From a virus (lineage: Duplodnaviria > Heunggongvirae > Uroviricota > Caudoviricetes), in the IMG/VR virus record IMGVR_UViG_2861084961_000002: a DNA stretch of 47,167 nt, one strand, 5' to 3'. The notes under the pieces are model-generated. The model searched no databases. It was not told where the DNA came from and saw only the letters and a list, made by a program, of their open reading frames with translations. Positions 21,229 to 35,405 of this stretch are shown piece by piece. Each line of letters starts with the position of its first letter. Position 1 is the first letter of the stretch. Position numbers and translations under genes: made by a program.

Positions 21229-21588
21229 CTTATTATCCTGCATTGTTAAAAACGGCAGAATCCTATGTGACAACAATTAAACGATAGTTAAATGGATTGA
21301 TGAAAATTAAAACTATATAGGTGGATGCTCAGCCTATTGGAGGAGGGGGGGCACTCAGAATCCTGTGGAATGAAATAAACCGCTCTTTCTGTCCATTACC
21401 CTTTTAGCTGCGCTGTATCGTCGCCGTATTCCCGCATTAACCATGACCGTAGCCCGACGGGGAATTCCTTCTGCGTGAGTGTGCGGGAATAATCAAAAAC
21501 GATGCACACCGGGTTTTACTGTGCTGACAGACGCAGGGTTACCCTCATAGTCGCTTTTCCGGTGCGATGGTGGAAGAAACCGGGATGT

Positions 21589-21783
21589 TTATTCATCATC
21601 ACTCTGGATTGATGTATATGCTCTCTTTTCTGACGTTAGTCTCCGACGGCAGGCTTCAATGACCCAGGCTGAGAAATTCCCGGACCCTTTTTGCTCAAGA
21701 GCGATGTTAATTTGTTCAATCATTTGGTTAGGAAAGCGGATGTTGCGGGTTGTTGTTCTGCGGGTTCTGTTCTTCGTTGACAT
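21589..21783 (-). CDS. Small basic hypothetical protein (YlcI-like)
   Basis: 64-aa ORF MSTKNRTRRTTTRNIRFPNQMIEQINIALEQKGSGNFSAWVIEACRRRL...; identity from memory only. Confidence 0.5.
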   Translation of the reverse strand: MSTKNRTRRTTTRNIRFPNQMIEQINIALEQKGSGNFSAWVIEACRRRLTSEKRAYTSIQSDDE

Positions 21784-21983
21784 GAGGTTGCCCCGTATTC
21801 AGTGTCGCTGATTTGTATTGTCTGAAGTTGTTTTTACGTTAAGTTGATGCAGATCAATTAATACGATACCTGCGTCATAATTGATTATTTGACGTGGTTT
21901 GATGGCGTAGATGCACGTTGTGACATATAGATGATAATTATTATCATTTTGCGGGTCCTTTCCGGCGATCCGACAGGTTACGG

Positions 21984-21995
21984 GGCGGCGACCTC
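21984..21995 (+). other. cos: cosN cohesive-end site GGGCGGCGACCT (cosQ upstream, cosB downstream)
   Basis: Lambda left-end sequence GGGCGGCGACCTCGCGGGTTTTCGCTATTTATGAAAATTTTCCGG read directly; upstream matches the lambda right end. Confidence 0.93.
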
Positions 21996-22171
21996 GCGGG
22001 TTTTCGCTATTTATGAAAATTTTCCGGTTTAAGGCGTTTCCGTTCTTCTTCGTCGTAACTTAATGTTTTTATTTAAAATACCCCCTGAAAAGAAAGGAAA
22101 CGACAGGTGCTGAAAACGAGCTTTTGGGCCTCTGTCGTTTCCTTTCTCTGTTTTTGGCCGTGGAATGAACA

Positions 22172-22690
22172 ATGGAAGTCAACAAAAAGCAGCTGGCTGA
22201 CATTTTCGGTGCGAGTATCCGTACCATTCAGAACTGGCAGGAACAGGGAATGCCCGTTCTGCGAGGCGGTGGCAAGGGTAATGAGGTGCTTTATGACTCT
22301 GCCGCCGTCATAAAATGGTATGCCGAAAGGGATGCTGAAATTGAGAACGAAAAGCTGCGCCGGGAAGTTGAAGAACTGCGGCAGGCCAGCGAGACAGATC
22401 TCCAGCCAGGGACTATTGAGTACGAACGCCATCGACTTACGCGTGCGCAGGCCGACGCACAGGAGCTGAAAAATGCCAGAGACTCCGCTGAAGTGGTGGA
22501 AACCGCATTCTGTACTTTCGTGCTGTCGCGGATCGCAGGTGAAATTGCCAGTATTCTCGACGGGATCCCCTGTCGGTGCAGCGGCGTTTTCCGGAACTGG
22601 AAAACCGACATGTTGATTTCCTGAAACGGGATATCATCAAAGCCATGAACAAAGCAGCCGCGCTGGATGAACTGATACCGGGGTTGCTGA

Positions 22691-22716
<26 letters not shown>
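22172..22716 (+). pseudogene. nu1: Terminase small subunit Nu1, frameshifted by a 1-nt deletion in a C-run at 22566-22570
   Basis: Track ORF ends at 22624 after DGIPCRCSGVFRNWKTDMLIS; the lambda C-terminus ...RFPELENRHVDFLKRDIIKAMNKAAALDELIPGLLSEYIEQSG is intact in the +1 frame to 22716. Confidence 0.85.
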
Positions 22717-26397
<3,681 letters not shown>

Positions 26398-26417
<20 letters not shown>

Positions 26418-27717
26418 TCTCCCGCATATTGCCAGTATGGCCTTTAATGAGCCGCTGATGCTTGAACCCGCCTATGCGCGGGTTTTCTTTTGTGCGCTTG
26501 CAGGCCAGCTTGGGATCAGCCGCCTGACGGATGCGGTATCCGGCGACAGCCTGACTGCCGGAGAGGCACCCGCGGCGCTGGCGTTATCCGTTGATGATGA
26601 CGGACCACGACAGGCCCGCAGTTATCAGGTCATGAACGGCATCGCCGTGCTGCCGGTGTCCGGCACGCTGGTCAGTCGGACGCGAGCGCTGCAGCCGTAT
26701 TCGGGGATGACCGGTTACAACGGCATTATCGCCCGTCTGCAACAGGCTGCCAGCGACCCGATGGTGGACGGCATTCTGCTCGATATGGATACGCCAGGCG
26801 GGATGGTGGCAGGGGCATTTGACTGCGCTGACATCATCGCCCGTGTGCGTGACATAAAGCCGGTATGGGCGCTGGCCAACGACATGAACTGCAGTGCAGG
26901 TCAGTTGCTTGCCAGCGCCGCCTCCCGACGTCTGGTCACGCAGACCGCCCGGACAGGCTCCATCGGCGTCATGATGGCTCACAGTAATTACGGTGCTGCG
27001 CTGGAGAAACAGGGCGTGGAAATCACGCTGATTTACAGCGGCAGCCATAAGGTGGATGGCAACCCCTACAGCCATCTACCGGATGATGTCCGGGAAACAC
27101 TGCAGTCCCGGATGGATGCAACCCGCCGGATGTTTGCACAGAAGGTGTCGGCATATACCGGCCTGTCCGTGCAGGCTGTGCTGGATACCGAGGCTGCAGT
27201 GTACAGCGGTCAGGAGGCCATTGATGCCGGACTGGCTGATGAACTTGTTAACAGTACCGATGCGATCACCGTCATGCGTGATGCACTGGATGCACGTAAA
27301 TCCCGTCTCTCAGGAGGGCGAATGACCAAAGAGACTCAATCAACAACTGTTTCAGCCACTGCTTCGCAGGCTGACGTTACTGGCGTGGTGCAAGCGACGG
27401 AGGGCGAGAACGCCAGCGCGGCGCAGCCGGACGTGAACGCGCAGATCACCGCAGCGGTTGCGGCAGAAAACAGTCGCATTATGGGGATCCTCAACTGTGA
27501 GGAGGCTCACGGACGCGAAGAACAGGCACGCGTGCTGGCCGAAACCCCCGGTATGACCGTGGAAACGGCCCGCCGCATTCTGGCAGCTGCACCACAGAGT
27601 GCACAGGCGCGCAGTGACACTGCGCTGGATCGTCTGATGCAGGGGGCACCGGCACCGCTGGCTGCAGGTAACCCGGCATCTGATGCCGTTAACGATTTGC
27701 TGAACACACCAGTGTAA
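26398..27717 (+). CDS. C: Capsid assembly protease C (GTG start)
   Basis: 439-aa product VTAELRNLPHIASMAFNEPLMLEPAYARVFF... inside longer track ORF 26263-27717. Confidence 0.93.
27112..27717 (+). CDS. nu3: Scaffold protein Nu3 (in-frame internal start within C)
   Basis: In-frame ATG at 27112 giving MDATRRMFAQKVSAYTGLSVQ..., as recalled for lambda Nu3. Confidence 0.7.
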   Translation: MDATRRMFAQKVSAYTGLSVQAVLDTEAAVYSGQEAIDAGLADELVNSTDAITVMRDALDARKSRLSGGRMTKETQSTTVSATASQADVTGVVQATEGENASAAQPDVNAQITAAVAAENSRIMGILNCEEAHGREEQARVLAETPGMTVETARRILAAAPQSAQARSDTALDRLMQGAPAPLAAGNPASDAVNDLLNTPV

Positions 27718-27726
27718 GGGATGTTT

Positions 27727-28059
27727 ATGACGAGCAAAGAAACCTTTACCCATTACCAGCCGCTGGGCAACAGTGACCCGGCACATACGGCAACCGCGCC
27801 CGGCGGATTGAGTGCGAAAGCGCCTGCAATGACCCCGCTGATGCTGGATACCTCCACCCGTAAGCTGGTTGCGTGGGATGGCACCACCGACGGTGCTGCC
27901 GTTGGCATTCTGGCGGTTGATGCTGACCAGACCAGCACCACGCTGACGTTCTACAAGTCCGGCACGTTCCGTTATGAGGATGTGCTCTGGCCGGAGGCTG
28001 CCAGCGACGAGACGAAAAAACGGACCGCGTTTGCCGGAACGGCAATCAGCATCGTTTAA
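27727..28059 (+). CDS. D: Capsid decoration protein D
   Basis: 110-aa product [41 protein letters not shown]... Confidence 0.97.
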   Translation: MTSKETFTHYQPLGNSDPAHTATAPGGLSAKAPAMTPLMLDTSTRKLVAWDGTTDGAAVGILAVDADQTSTTLTFYKSGTFRYEDVLWPEAASDETKKRTAFAGTAISIV

Positions 28060-28077
28060 CTTTACCCTTCATCACTA

Positions 28078-28101
28078 AAGGCCGCCTGTGCGGCTTTTTT
28101 T
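28078..28101 (+). terminator. Rho-independent terminator between D and E
   Basis: Stem GCCGC/GCGGC with loop CTGT followed by TTTTTTT. Confidence 0.6.
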
Positions 28102-28114
28102 ACGGGATTTTTTT

Positions 28115-29140
28115 ATGTCGATGTACACAACCGCCCAGCTGCTGGCGGCAAATGAGCAGAAATTTAAGTTTGATCCGCTGTTTCTGCGTCTCTTTTTCCG
28201 TGAGAGCTATCCCTTCACTACGGAGAAAGTCTATCTCTCACAAATTCCGGGACTGGTAAACATGGCGCTGTACGTTTCGCCGATTGTTTCCGGTGAGGTT
28301 ATCCGTTCCCGTGGCGGCTCCACCTCTGAATTTACGCCGGGATATGTCAAACCCAAGCATGAAGTGAATCCGCAGATGACCCTGCGTCGCCTGCCGGATG
28401 AAGATCCGCAGAATCTGGCGGACCCGGCTTACCGCCGCCGTCGCATCATCCTGCAGAACATGCGTGACGAAGAGCTGGCCATTGCTCAGGTCGAAGAGAT
28501 GCAGGCAGTTTCTGCCGTGCTCAAGGGCAAATACACCATGACCGGTGAAGCCTTCGATCCGGTTGAGGTGGATATGGGCCGCAGTGCGGCGAACAACATC
28601 ACGCAGTCCGGCGGCACGGAGTGGAGCAAGCGTGACAAGTCCACGTATGACCCGACCGACGATATCGAAGCCTACGCGCTGAACGCCAGCGGCGTGGTGA
28701 ATATCATCGTGTTTGATCCGAAAGGCTGGGCGCTGTTCCGTTCCTTCAACGCCGTCAAGGAGAAGCTGGATACCCGTCGCGGCTCTCATTCCGAGCTGGA
28801 GACAGCGGTGAAAGACCTGGGTAAAGCGGTGTCCTATAAGGGGATGTATGGCGATGTGGCCATCGTCGTGTATTCCGGACAGTACGTGGAAAACGGCGTC
28901 AAAAAGAACTTCCTGCCGGACAACACGATGGTGCTGGGTAACACTCATGCACGCGGTCTGCGCACCTATGGCTGCATTCAGGATGCGGACGCACAGCGCG
29001 AAGGCATTAACGCCTCTGCCCGTTACCCGAAAAACTGGGTGACCACCGGCGATCCGGCGCGTGAGTTCACCATGATTCAGTCAGCACCGCTGATGCTGCT
29101 GGCTGACCCTGATGAGTTCGTGTCCGTACAACTGGCGTAA
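28115..29140 (+). CDS. E: Major capsid protein E
   Basis: 341-aa product MSMYTTAQLLAANEQKFKFDPLFLRLFFRESYPFTTEKVYLSQIPGLVNMA... Confidence 0.97.
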   Translation: MSMYTTAQLLAANEQKFKFDPLFLRLFFRESYPFTTEKVYLSQIPGLVNMALYVSPIVSGEVIRSRGGSTSEFTPGYVKPKHEVNPQMTLRRLPDEDPQNLADPAYRRRRIILQNMRDEELAIAQVEEMQAVSAVLKGKYTMTGEAFDPVEVDMGRSAANNITQSGGTEWSKRDKSTYDPTDDIEAYALNASGVVNIIVFDPKGWALFRSFNAVKEKLDTRRGSHSELETAVKDLGKAVSYKGMYGDVAIVVYSGQYVENGVKKNFLPDNTMVLGNTHARGLRTYGCIQDADAQREGINASARYPKNWVTTGDPAREFTMIQSAPLMLLADPDEFVSVQLA

Positions 29141-29181
29141 TCATGGCCCTTCGGGGCCATTGTTTCTCTGTGGAGGAGTCC

Positions 29182-29577
29182 ATGACGAAAGATGAACTGA
29201 TTGCCCGTCTCCGCTCGCTGGGTGAACAACTGAACCGTGATGTCAGCCTGACGGGGACGAAAGAAGAACTGGCGCTCCGTGTGGCAGAGCTGGAAGAGGA
29301 GCTTGATGACACGGATGACGCTGCCGGTCAGGACACATCTGTCAGCCCGGAAAATGCGCTGACCGGACATGAAAATGAGGTGGTATCAGCGCAGCCGGAT
29401 ACCGTGACTGATACGGCTGATCTGGTCACGGTTGTGGCACTGGTGACGCTGCATACTGATGCACTTCACGCCACGCGGGATGAGGCTGTGGCATTTGTGC
29501 TGCCGGGAACGGCGTTCCGTGTCTCTGCCGGTGTGGCAGCTGAAATGACAGAGCGCGGCCTGGCCAGAATGCAATAA
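29182..29577 (+). CDS. FI: DNA-packaging protein FI
   Basis: Start MTKDELIARLRSLGEQLNRDVSLTGTKEELALRVAELEEEL... inside track ORF 29143-29577. Confidence 0.93.
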   Translation: MTKDELIARLRSLGEQLNRDVSLTGTKEELALRVAELEEELDDTDDAAGQDTSVSPENALTGHENEVVSAQPDTVTDTADLVTVVALVTLHTDALHATRDEAVAFVLPGTAFRVSAGVAAEMTERGLARMQ

Positions 29578-29588
29578 CGGGAGGCGCT

Positions 29589-29942
29589 GTGGCTGATTTC
29601 GATAACCTGTTCGATGCTGCCATTGCCCGCGCCGATGAAACGATACGCGGGTACATGGGAACGTCAGCCACCATGACATCCGGTGAGCAGTCCGGCGCAG
29701 TAATACGTGGTGTTTTTGATGACCCTGAAAATATCAGCTATGCCGGACAGGGCGTACGCGTTGAAGGCTCCAGCCCGTCCCTGTTTGTCCGGACTGATGA
29801 TGTGCGGCAGCTGCGGCGCGGCGACACGCTGACCATCGGTGAGGAAAACTTCTGGATAGACCGGATTTCGCCGGATGATGGCGGAAGCTGTCATCTCTGG
29901 CTTGGGCGGGGCGTACCGCCTGCCGTTAACCGTCGCCGCTGA
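29589..29942 (+). CDS. FII: Head completion protein FII
   Basis: 117-aa ORF recognised as lambda gpFII. Confidence 0.95.
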   Translation: MADFDNLFDAAIARADETIRGYMGTSATMTSGEQSGAVIRGVFDDPENISYAGQGVRVEGSSPSLFVRTDDVRQLRRGDTLTIGEENFWIDRISPDDGGSCHLWLGRGVPPAVNRRR

Positions 29943-29953
29943 AAGGGGGATGT

Positions 29954-30531
29954 ATGGCCATAAAAGGTCTTGAGCAGGCCGTTGAAAACCTCAGCCGTAT
30001 CAGCAGAACGGCGGTGCCCGGTGCCGCCGCAATGGCCATTAACCGCGTTGCTTCATCCGCGATATCGCAGTCGGCGTCACAGGTTGCCCGTGAGACAAAG
30101 GTACGCCGGAAACTGGTAAAGGAAAGGGCCTGGCTGAAAAGGGCCACGGTCAAAAATCCGCAGGCCAGAATCAAGGTTAACCGGGGGATTTGCCCGTAAT
30201 AAAGCTGGGTAACGCGCGGATTGTCCTGTCCCGACGCAGGCGTCGTAAAAAGGGGCAGCGTTCAGCCCTGAAAGGTGGCGGCAGCGTGCTTGTGGTGGGA
30301 AACCGTCGTATTCCCGGCGCGTTTATTCAGCAACTGAAAAATGGCCGCTGGCATGTCATGCAGCGTGTGGCCGGGAAAAACCGTTACCCCATTGATGTGG
30401 TGAAAATCCCGATGGCGGTGCCGCTGACCACGGCGTTTAAACAGAATATTGAGCGGATACGGCGTGAGCGTCTTCCGAAAGAGCTGGGCTATGCGCTGCA
30501 GCATCAACTGAGGATGGTAATAAAGCGATGA
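29954..30531 (+). pseudogene. Z: Tail completion protein Z, frameshifted by a 1-nt deletion in a G-run at 30183-30187
   Basis: Z is split into track ORFs 29954-30199 (ends ...NRGICP*) and 30190-30531 (MPVIKLGNARIVLSRRRRRKKGQR...); lambda reads NRGDLPVIKLG across this point. Confidence 0.85.
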
Positions 30532-30923
30532 AACATACTGAACTCCGTGCAGCCGTACTGGATGCACTGGAGAAGCATGACACCGGGGCGACGTTTTTTG
30601 ATGGTCGCCCTGCTGTTTTTGATGAGGAAGATTTTCCGGCAATTGCCGTTTATCTCACCGGCGCTGAATACACGGGCGAAGAGCTGGACAGCGATACCTG
30701 GCAGGCGGAGCTGCATATTGAAGTTTTCCTGCCTGCTCAGGTGCCGGATTCAGAGCTGGATGCGTGGATGGAGTCCCGGATTTATCCGGTGATGAGCGAT
30801 ATCCCGGCACTGTCAGATTTGATCACCAGTATGGTGGCCAGTGGCTATGACTACCGGCGCGACGATGATGCGGGCTTGTGGAGTTCTGCCGATCTGACGT
30901 ATGTCATTACCTATGAAATGTGA
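30528..30923 (+). CDS. U: Tail terminator protein U
   Basis: 131-aa ORF recognised as lambda gpU. Confidence 0.95.
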   Translation: MKHTELRAAVLDALEKHDTGATFFDGRPAVFDEEDFPAIAVYLTGAEYTGEELDSDTWQAELHIEVFLPAQVPDSELDAWMESRIYPVMSDIPALSDLITSMVASGYDYRRDDDAGLWSSADLTYVITYEM

Positions 30924-30930
30924 GGACGAT

Positions 30931-31671
30931 ATGCCTGTACCAAATCCAGCAATACCGGTGAAAGGTGCCGGAACCACCCTGTGGGTTTATAAGGGGAGCG
31001 GTGACCCTTATGCGAACCCGCTTTCAGACGTTGACTGGTCGCGTCTGGCAAAAGTTAAAGACCTGACGCCCGGCGAACTGACCGCTGAGTCCTATGACGA
31101 CAGCTATCTCGATGATGAAGATGCAGACTGGACTGCGACCGGGCAGGGGCAGAAATCTGCCGGAGATACCAGCTTCACGCTGGCGTGGATGCCCGGAGAG
31201 CAGGGGCAGCAGGCGCTGCTGGCGTGGTTTAATGAAGGTGATACCCGTGCCTATAAAATCCGCTTCCCGAACGGCACGGTCGATGTGTTCCGTGGCTGGG
31301 TCAGCAGTATCGGTAAGGCGGTGACGGCGAAGGAAGTGATTACCCGCACGGTGAAGGTCACCAATGTGGGCCGTCCGTCGATGGCAGAAGATCGCAGCAC
31401 GGTGACGGCGACGACCGGCATGACGGTGACACCCGCCAGTGCTTCCGTAGTGAAAGGGCAGAGCACCACGCTGACCGTGGCATTCCAGCCGGATGGCGCA
31501 ACCGACAAGAGCTTCCGTGCGGTGTCTGCGGATAAAACAAAAGCCACCGTGTCGGTCAGTGGTATGACCATCACCGTGAAAGGTGTTGCTGCAGGCAAGG
31601 TCAACATTCCGGTCGTATCTGGTAATGGTGAGTTTGCTGCGGTTGCAGAAATCAACGTCACCGCCAGTTAA
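30931..31671 (+). CDS. V: Major tail tube protein V (with C-terminal Ig-like domain)
   Basis: 246-aa product [45 protein letters not shown]... Confidence 0.97.
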   Translation: MPVPNPAIPVKGAGTTLWVYKGSGDPYANPLSDVDWSRLAKVKDLTPGELTAESYDDSYLDDEDADWTATGQGQKSAGDTSFTLAWMPGEQGQQALLAWFNEGDTRAYKIRFPNGTVDVFRGWVSSIGKAVTAKEVITRTVKVTNVGRPSMAEDRSTVTATTGMTVTPASASVVKGQSTTLTVAFQPDGATDKSFRAVSADKTKATVSVSGMTITVKGVAAGKVNIPVVSGNGEFAAVAEINVTAS

Positions 31672-31686
31672 TCCGGAGAGTCAGCG

Positions 31687-32109
31687 ATGTTCCTGAAAAC
31701 CGAATCATTTGAACATAACGGTGTGACCGTCACGCTTTCTGAACTGTCAGCCCTGCAGCGTATTGAGCATCTCGACCTGATGAAACGGCAGGCAGAACAG
31801 GCGGAGTCAGACAGCAACCGGAAGTTTACTGTGGAAGACGCCATCAGAACCGGTGCTTTTGTGGTAGCGATGTCCCTGTGGCATAACCATCCGCAGAAGA
31901 CAAAGCTGCCTTCCATGAATGAAGCCGTTAAACAGATTGAGCAGGAAGTGCTTACCACCTGGCCCACAGAGGCAATTTCTCATGCTGAAAACGTGGTGTA
32001 CCGGCTGTCCGGTATGTATGAGTTTGTGGTGAATGATGCTCCTGAACAGGCAGAGGACGCCGGGCCTGCAGTGCCTGTTTCTGCGGGAAAGTGTTCGACG
32101 GTGAGCTGA
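31687..32109 (+). CDS. G: Tail assembly chaperone G
   Basis: 140-aa ORF recognised as lambda gpG; slippery G GGA AAG at 32085-32091. Confidence 0.95.
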   Translation: MFLKTESFEHNGVTVTLSELSALQRIEHLDLMKRQAEQAESDSNRKFTVEDAIRTGAFVVAMSLWHNHPQKTKLPSMNEAVKQIEQEVLTTWPTEAISHAENVVYRLSGMYEFVVNDAPEQAEDAGPAVPVSAGKCSTVS

Positions 32110-32525
32110 GTTTTGCCCTGAAACTGGCGCGTGAGATGGGGCGACCCGACTGGCGCGCCATGCTTGCCGGGATGTCATCCACGGAGTATGCCGACTGGCA
32201 CCGCTTTTACAGTACCCATTATTTTCATGATGTTCTGCTGGATATGCACTTTTCCGGGCTGACGTACACCGTGCTCAGCCTGTTTTTCAGCGATCCGGAG
32301 ATGCATCCGCTGGATTTCAGTCTGCTGAACCGGCGCGAGGCTGACGAAGAGCCTGAAGATGATGTGCTGATGCAGAAAGCGGCAGGGCTTGCCGGAGGCG
32401 TTCGTTTTGGCCCGGACGGGAATGAAGTTATCCCCGCTTCCCCGGATGTGGCGGACATGACGGAGGATGACGTAATGCTGATGACAGTATCAGAAGGGAT
32501 CGCAGGAGGAGTCCGGTATGGCTGA
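31687..32525 (+). CDS. T: Tail assembly chaperone G-T fusion, made by programmed -1 frameshift at 32085-32091
   Basis: T-frame ORF 32091-32525 lies -1 relative to G and overlaps its 3' end; canonical G GGA AAG heptamer present. Confidence 0.85.
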
Positions 32526-35079
32526 ACCGGTAGGCGATCTGGTCGTTGATTTAAGTCTGGATGCGGCCAGATTTGACGAGCAGATGGCCAGAGTCAGGCG
32601 TCATTTTTCCGGTACGGAAAGTGATGCGAAAAAAACAGCGGCAGTCGTTGAACAGTCAATGAACCGGCAGGCGCTGGCTGCACAGAAAGCGGGGATTTCC
32701 GTCGGACAGTATAAAGCCGCCATGCGTATGCTGCCTGCACAGTTCACCGACGTGGCCACGCAGCTTGCAGGCGGGCAAAGTCCGTGGCTGATCCTGCTGC
32801 AACAGGGGGGGCAGGTTAAGGACTCCTTCGGCGGGATGATCCCCATGTTCAGGGGGCTTGCCGGTGCGATCAACCTGCCGATGGTGGGGGCCACCTCGCT
32901 GGCGGTGGCGACCGGTGCGCTGGCGTATGCCTGGTATCAGGGCAACTCAACCCTGTCCGATTTCAACAAAACGCTGGTCCTTTCCGGCAATCAGTCGGGT
33001 CTGACGGCAGATCGCATGCTGGTCCTGTCCAGAGCCGGGCAGGTGGCAGGGCTGACGTTTAACCAGACCAGCGAGTCACTCAGCGCACTGGTTAAGGCGG
33101 GAGTAAGCGGTGAGGCTCAGATTGCGTCCATCAGCCAGAGTGTGGCGCGTTTCTCCTCTGCATCCGGTGTGGAGGTGGACAAGGTCGCTGAAGCCTTCGG
33201 GAAGCTGACCACAGACCCGACGTCGGGGTTGACGGCGATGGCACGCCAGTTCCATAACGTGACGGCGGAGCAGATTGCGTATGTTGCTCAGTTGCAGCGT
33301 TCCGGCGATGAAGCCGGGGCATTGCAGGCGGCGAACGAGGCCGCGACGAAAGGGTTTGATGACCAGACCCGCCGCCTGAAAGAGAACATGGGTACGCTGG
33401 AGACCTGGGCAGACAGGACAGCGCGGGCATTCAAATCCATGTGGGATGCGGTGCTGGATATTGGTCGTCCTGATACCGCGCAGGAGATGCTGATTAAGGC
33501 AGAGGCTGCGTTTAAGAAAGCGGACGACATCTGGAGTCTGCGCAAGGATGATTATTTTGTTAACGATGAAGCGCGGGCGCGTTACTGGGATGATCGTGAA
33601 AAGGCCCGTCTTGCGCTTGAAGCCGCGAGAAAGAAGGCTGAACAGCAGAGTCAACAGGACACAAATGCGCAGCAGCAGAGCGATACTGAAGCGTCACGGC
33701 TGAAATATACCGAAGAGGCGCAGAAGGCTTACGAACGGCTGCAGACGCCGCTGGAGAAATATACCGCCCGTCAGGAAGAACTGAACAAGGCACTGAAGGA
33801 CGGGAAAATTCTGCAGGCAGATTACAACACGCTGATGGCGGCGGCGAAAAAGGACTATGAAGCGACGCTGAAAAAGCCGAAACAGTCCGGCGTGAAGGTG
33901 TCTGCGGGCGATCGTCAGGAAGACAGTGCTCATGCTGCCCTGCTGACGCTTCAGGCTGAACTCCGGACGCTGGAGAGGCATGCCGGAGCAAATGAGAAAA
34001 TCAGCCAGCAGCGCCGGGATTTGTGGAAGGCGGAGAGTCAGTTCGCGGTACTGGAGGAGGCGGCGCAACGTCGCCAGCTGTCTGCACAGGAGAAATCCCT
34101 GCTGGCGCATAAAGATGAGACGCTGGAGTACAAACGCCAGCTGGCTGCACTTGGCGACAAGGTTACGTATCAGGAGCGCCTGAACGCGCTGGCGCAGCAG
34201 GCGGATAAATTCGCACAGCAGCAACGGGCAAAACGGGCCGCCATTGATGCGAAAAGCCGGGGGCTGACTGACCGGCAGGCAGAACGGGAAGCCACGGAAC
34301 AGCGCCTGAAGGAACAGTATGGCGATAATCCGCTGGCGCTGAATAACGTCATGTCAGAGCAGAAAAAGACCTGGGCGGCTGAAGACCAGCTTCGCGGGAG
34401 CTGGATGGCAGGCCTGAAGTCCGGCTGGAGTGAGTGGGAAGAGAGCGCCACGGACAGTATGTCGCAGGTTAAAAGTGCTGCCACGCAGACCTTTGATGGT
34501 ATTGCACAGAATATGGCGGCGATGCTGACCGGCAGTGAGCAGAACTGGCGCAGCTTCACCCGTTCCGTGCTGTCCATGATGACAGAAATTCTGCTTAAGC
34601 AGGCAATGGTGGGGATTGTCGGGAGTATCGGCAGCGCCATTGGCGGGGCTGTTGGTGGCGGCGCATCCGCGTCAGGCGGTACAGCCATTCAGGCAGCTGC
34701 GGCGAAATTCCATTTTGCGACCGGGGGATTTACGGGAACCGGCGGCAAATATGAGCCAGCGGGGATTGTTCACCGTGGTGAATTTGTCTTCACGAAGGAG
34801 GCAACCAGCCGGATTGGTGTCGGCAACCTGTACCGCCTGATGCGGGGCTATGCGGAAGGTGGTTATGTGGGCGGTGCCGGAAGTCCGGCGCAGATGCGGC
34901 GGGCTGAAGGCATTAATTTTAATCAGAACAATCACGTGGTGATTCAGAACGACGGTACGAATGGTCTGCCAGGTCCACAGATGATGAAGGCAGTGTATGA
35001 CATGGCCCGCAAGGGTGCCCGTGATGAAATTCAGACACAGATGCGTGATGGTGGCCTGTTCTCCGGAGGTGGACGATGA
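32518..35079 (+). CDS. H: Tail tape-measure protein H
   Basis: 853-aa ORF recognised as lambda gpH. Confidence 0.97.
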   Translation: MAEPVGDLVVDLSLDAARFDEQMARVRRHFSGTESDAKKTAAVVEQSMNRQALAAQKAGISVGQYKAAMRMLPAQFTDVATQLAGGQSPWLILLQQGGQVKDSFGGMIPMFRGLAGAINLPMVGATSLAVATGALAYAWYQGNSTLSDFNKTLVLSGNQSGLTADRMLVLSRAGQVAGLTFNQTSESLSALVKAGVSGEAQIASISQSVARFSSASGVEVDKVAEAFGKLTTDPTSGLTAMARQFHNVTAEQIAYVAQLQRSGDEAGALQAANEAATKGFDDQTRRLKENMGTLETWADRTARAFKSMWDAVLDIGRPDTAQEMLIKAEAAFKKADDIWSLRKDDYFVNDEARARYWDDREKARLALEAARKKAEQQSQQDTNAQQQSDTEASRLKYTEEAQKAYERLQTPLEKYTARQEELNKALKDGKILQADYNTLMAAAKKDYEATLKKPKQSGVKVSAGDRQEDSAHAALLTLQAELRTLERHAGANEKISQQRRDLWKAESQFAVLEEAAQRRQLSAQEKSLLAHKDETLEYKRQLAALGDKVTYQERLNALAQQADKFAQQQRAKRAAIDAKSRGLTDRQAEREATEQRLKEQYGDNPLALNNVMSEQKKTWAAEDQLRGSWMAGLKSGWSEWEESATDSMSQVKSAATQTFDGIAQNMAAMLTGSEQNWRSFTRSVLSMMTEILLKQAMVGIVGSIGSAIGGAVGGGASASGGTAIQAAAAKFHFATGGFTGTGGKYEPAGIVHRGEFVFTKEATSRIGVGNLYRLMRGYAEGGYVGGAGSPAQMRRAEGINFNQNNHVVIQNDGTNGLPGPQMMKAVYDMARKGARDEIQTQMRDGGLFSGGGR

Positions 35080-35405
35080 AAACCTTCCGCTGGAAAGTGA
35101 AACCCGGTATGGATGTGGCTTCGGCCCCTTCTGTAAGAAAGGTGCGCTTTGGTGATGGCTATTCCCAGCGAGCGCCTGCCGGGCTGAATGCCAACCTGAA
35201 AACGTACAGCGTGACGCTTTCTGTCCCCCGTGAGGAGGCCACGGTACTGGAGTCGTTTCTGGAAGAGCACGGGGGCTGGAAAGCCTTTCTGTGGACGCCG
35301 CCTTATGAGTGGCGGCAGATAAAGGTGACCTGCGCAAAATGGTCGTCGCGGGTCAGTATGCTGCGTGTTGAGTTCAGCGCAGAGTTTGAACAGGTGGTGA
35401 ACTGA
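35076..35405 (+). CDS. M: Tail tip protein M
   Basis: 109-aa ORF recognised as lambda gpM. Confidence 0.95.
   Translation: MKTFRWKVKPGMDVASAPSVRKVRFGDGYSQRAPAGLNANLKTYSVTLSVPREEATVLESFLEEHGGWKAFLWTPPYEWRQIKVTCAKWSSRVSMLRVEFSAEFEQVVN

Noticed and set aside
21229-21588. 360-bp intergenic stretch between bor and the YlcI-like gene, including a G7 run near 21340
   Set aside because: Only very short ORFs (17 aa or less) and no convincing hairpin-terminator or promoter pattern; probably a deletion remnant of the genes lambda carries here.
22561-22570. GGATCC (BamHI site) at the Nu1 frameshift as a possible sign of engineering
   Set aside because: The site arises from a single substitution plus the C-run length change; nothing else nearby suggests a cloning junction.
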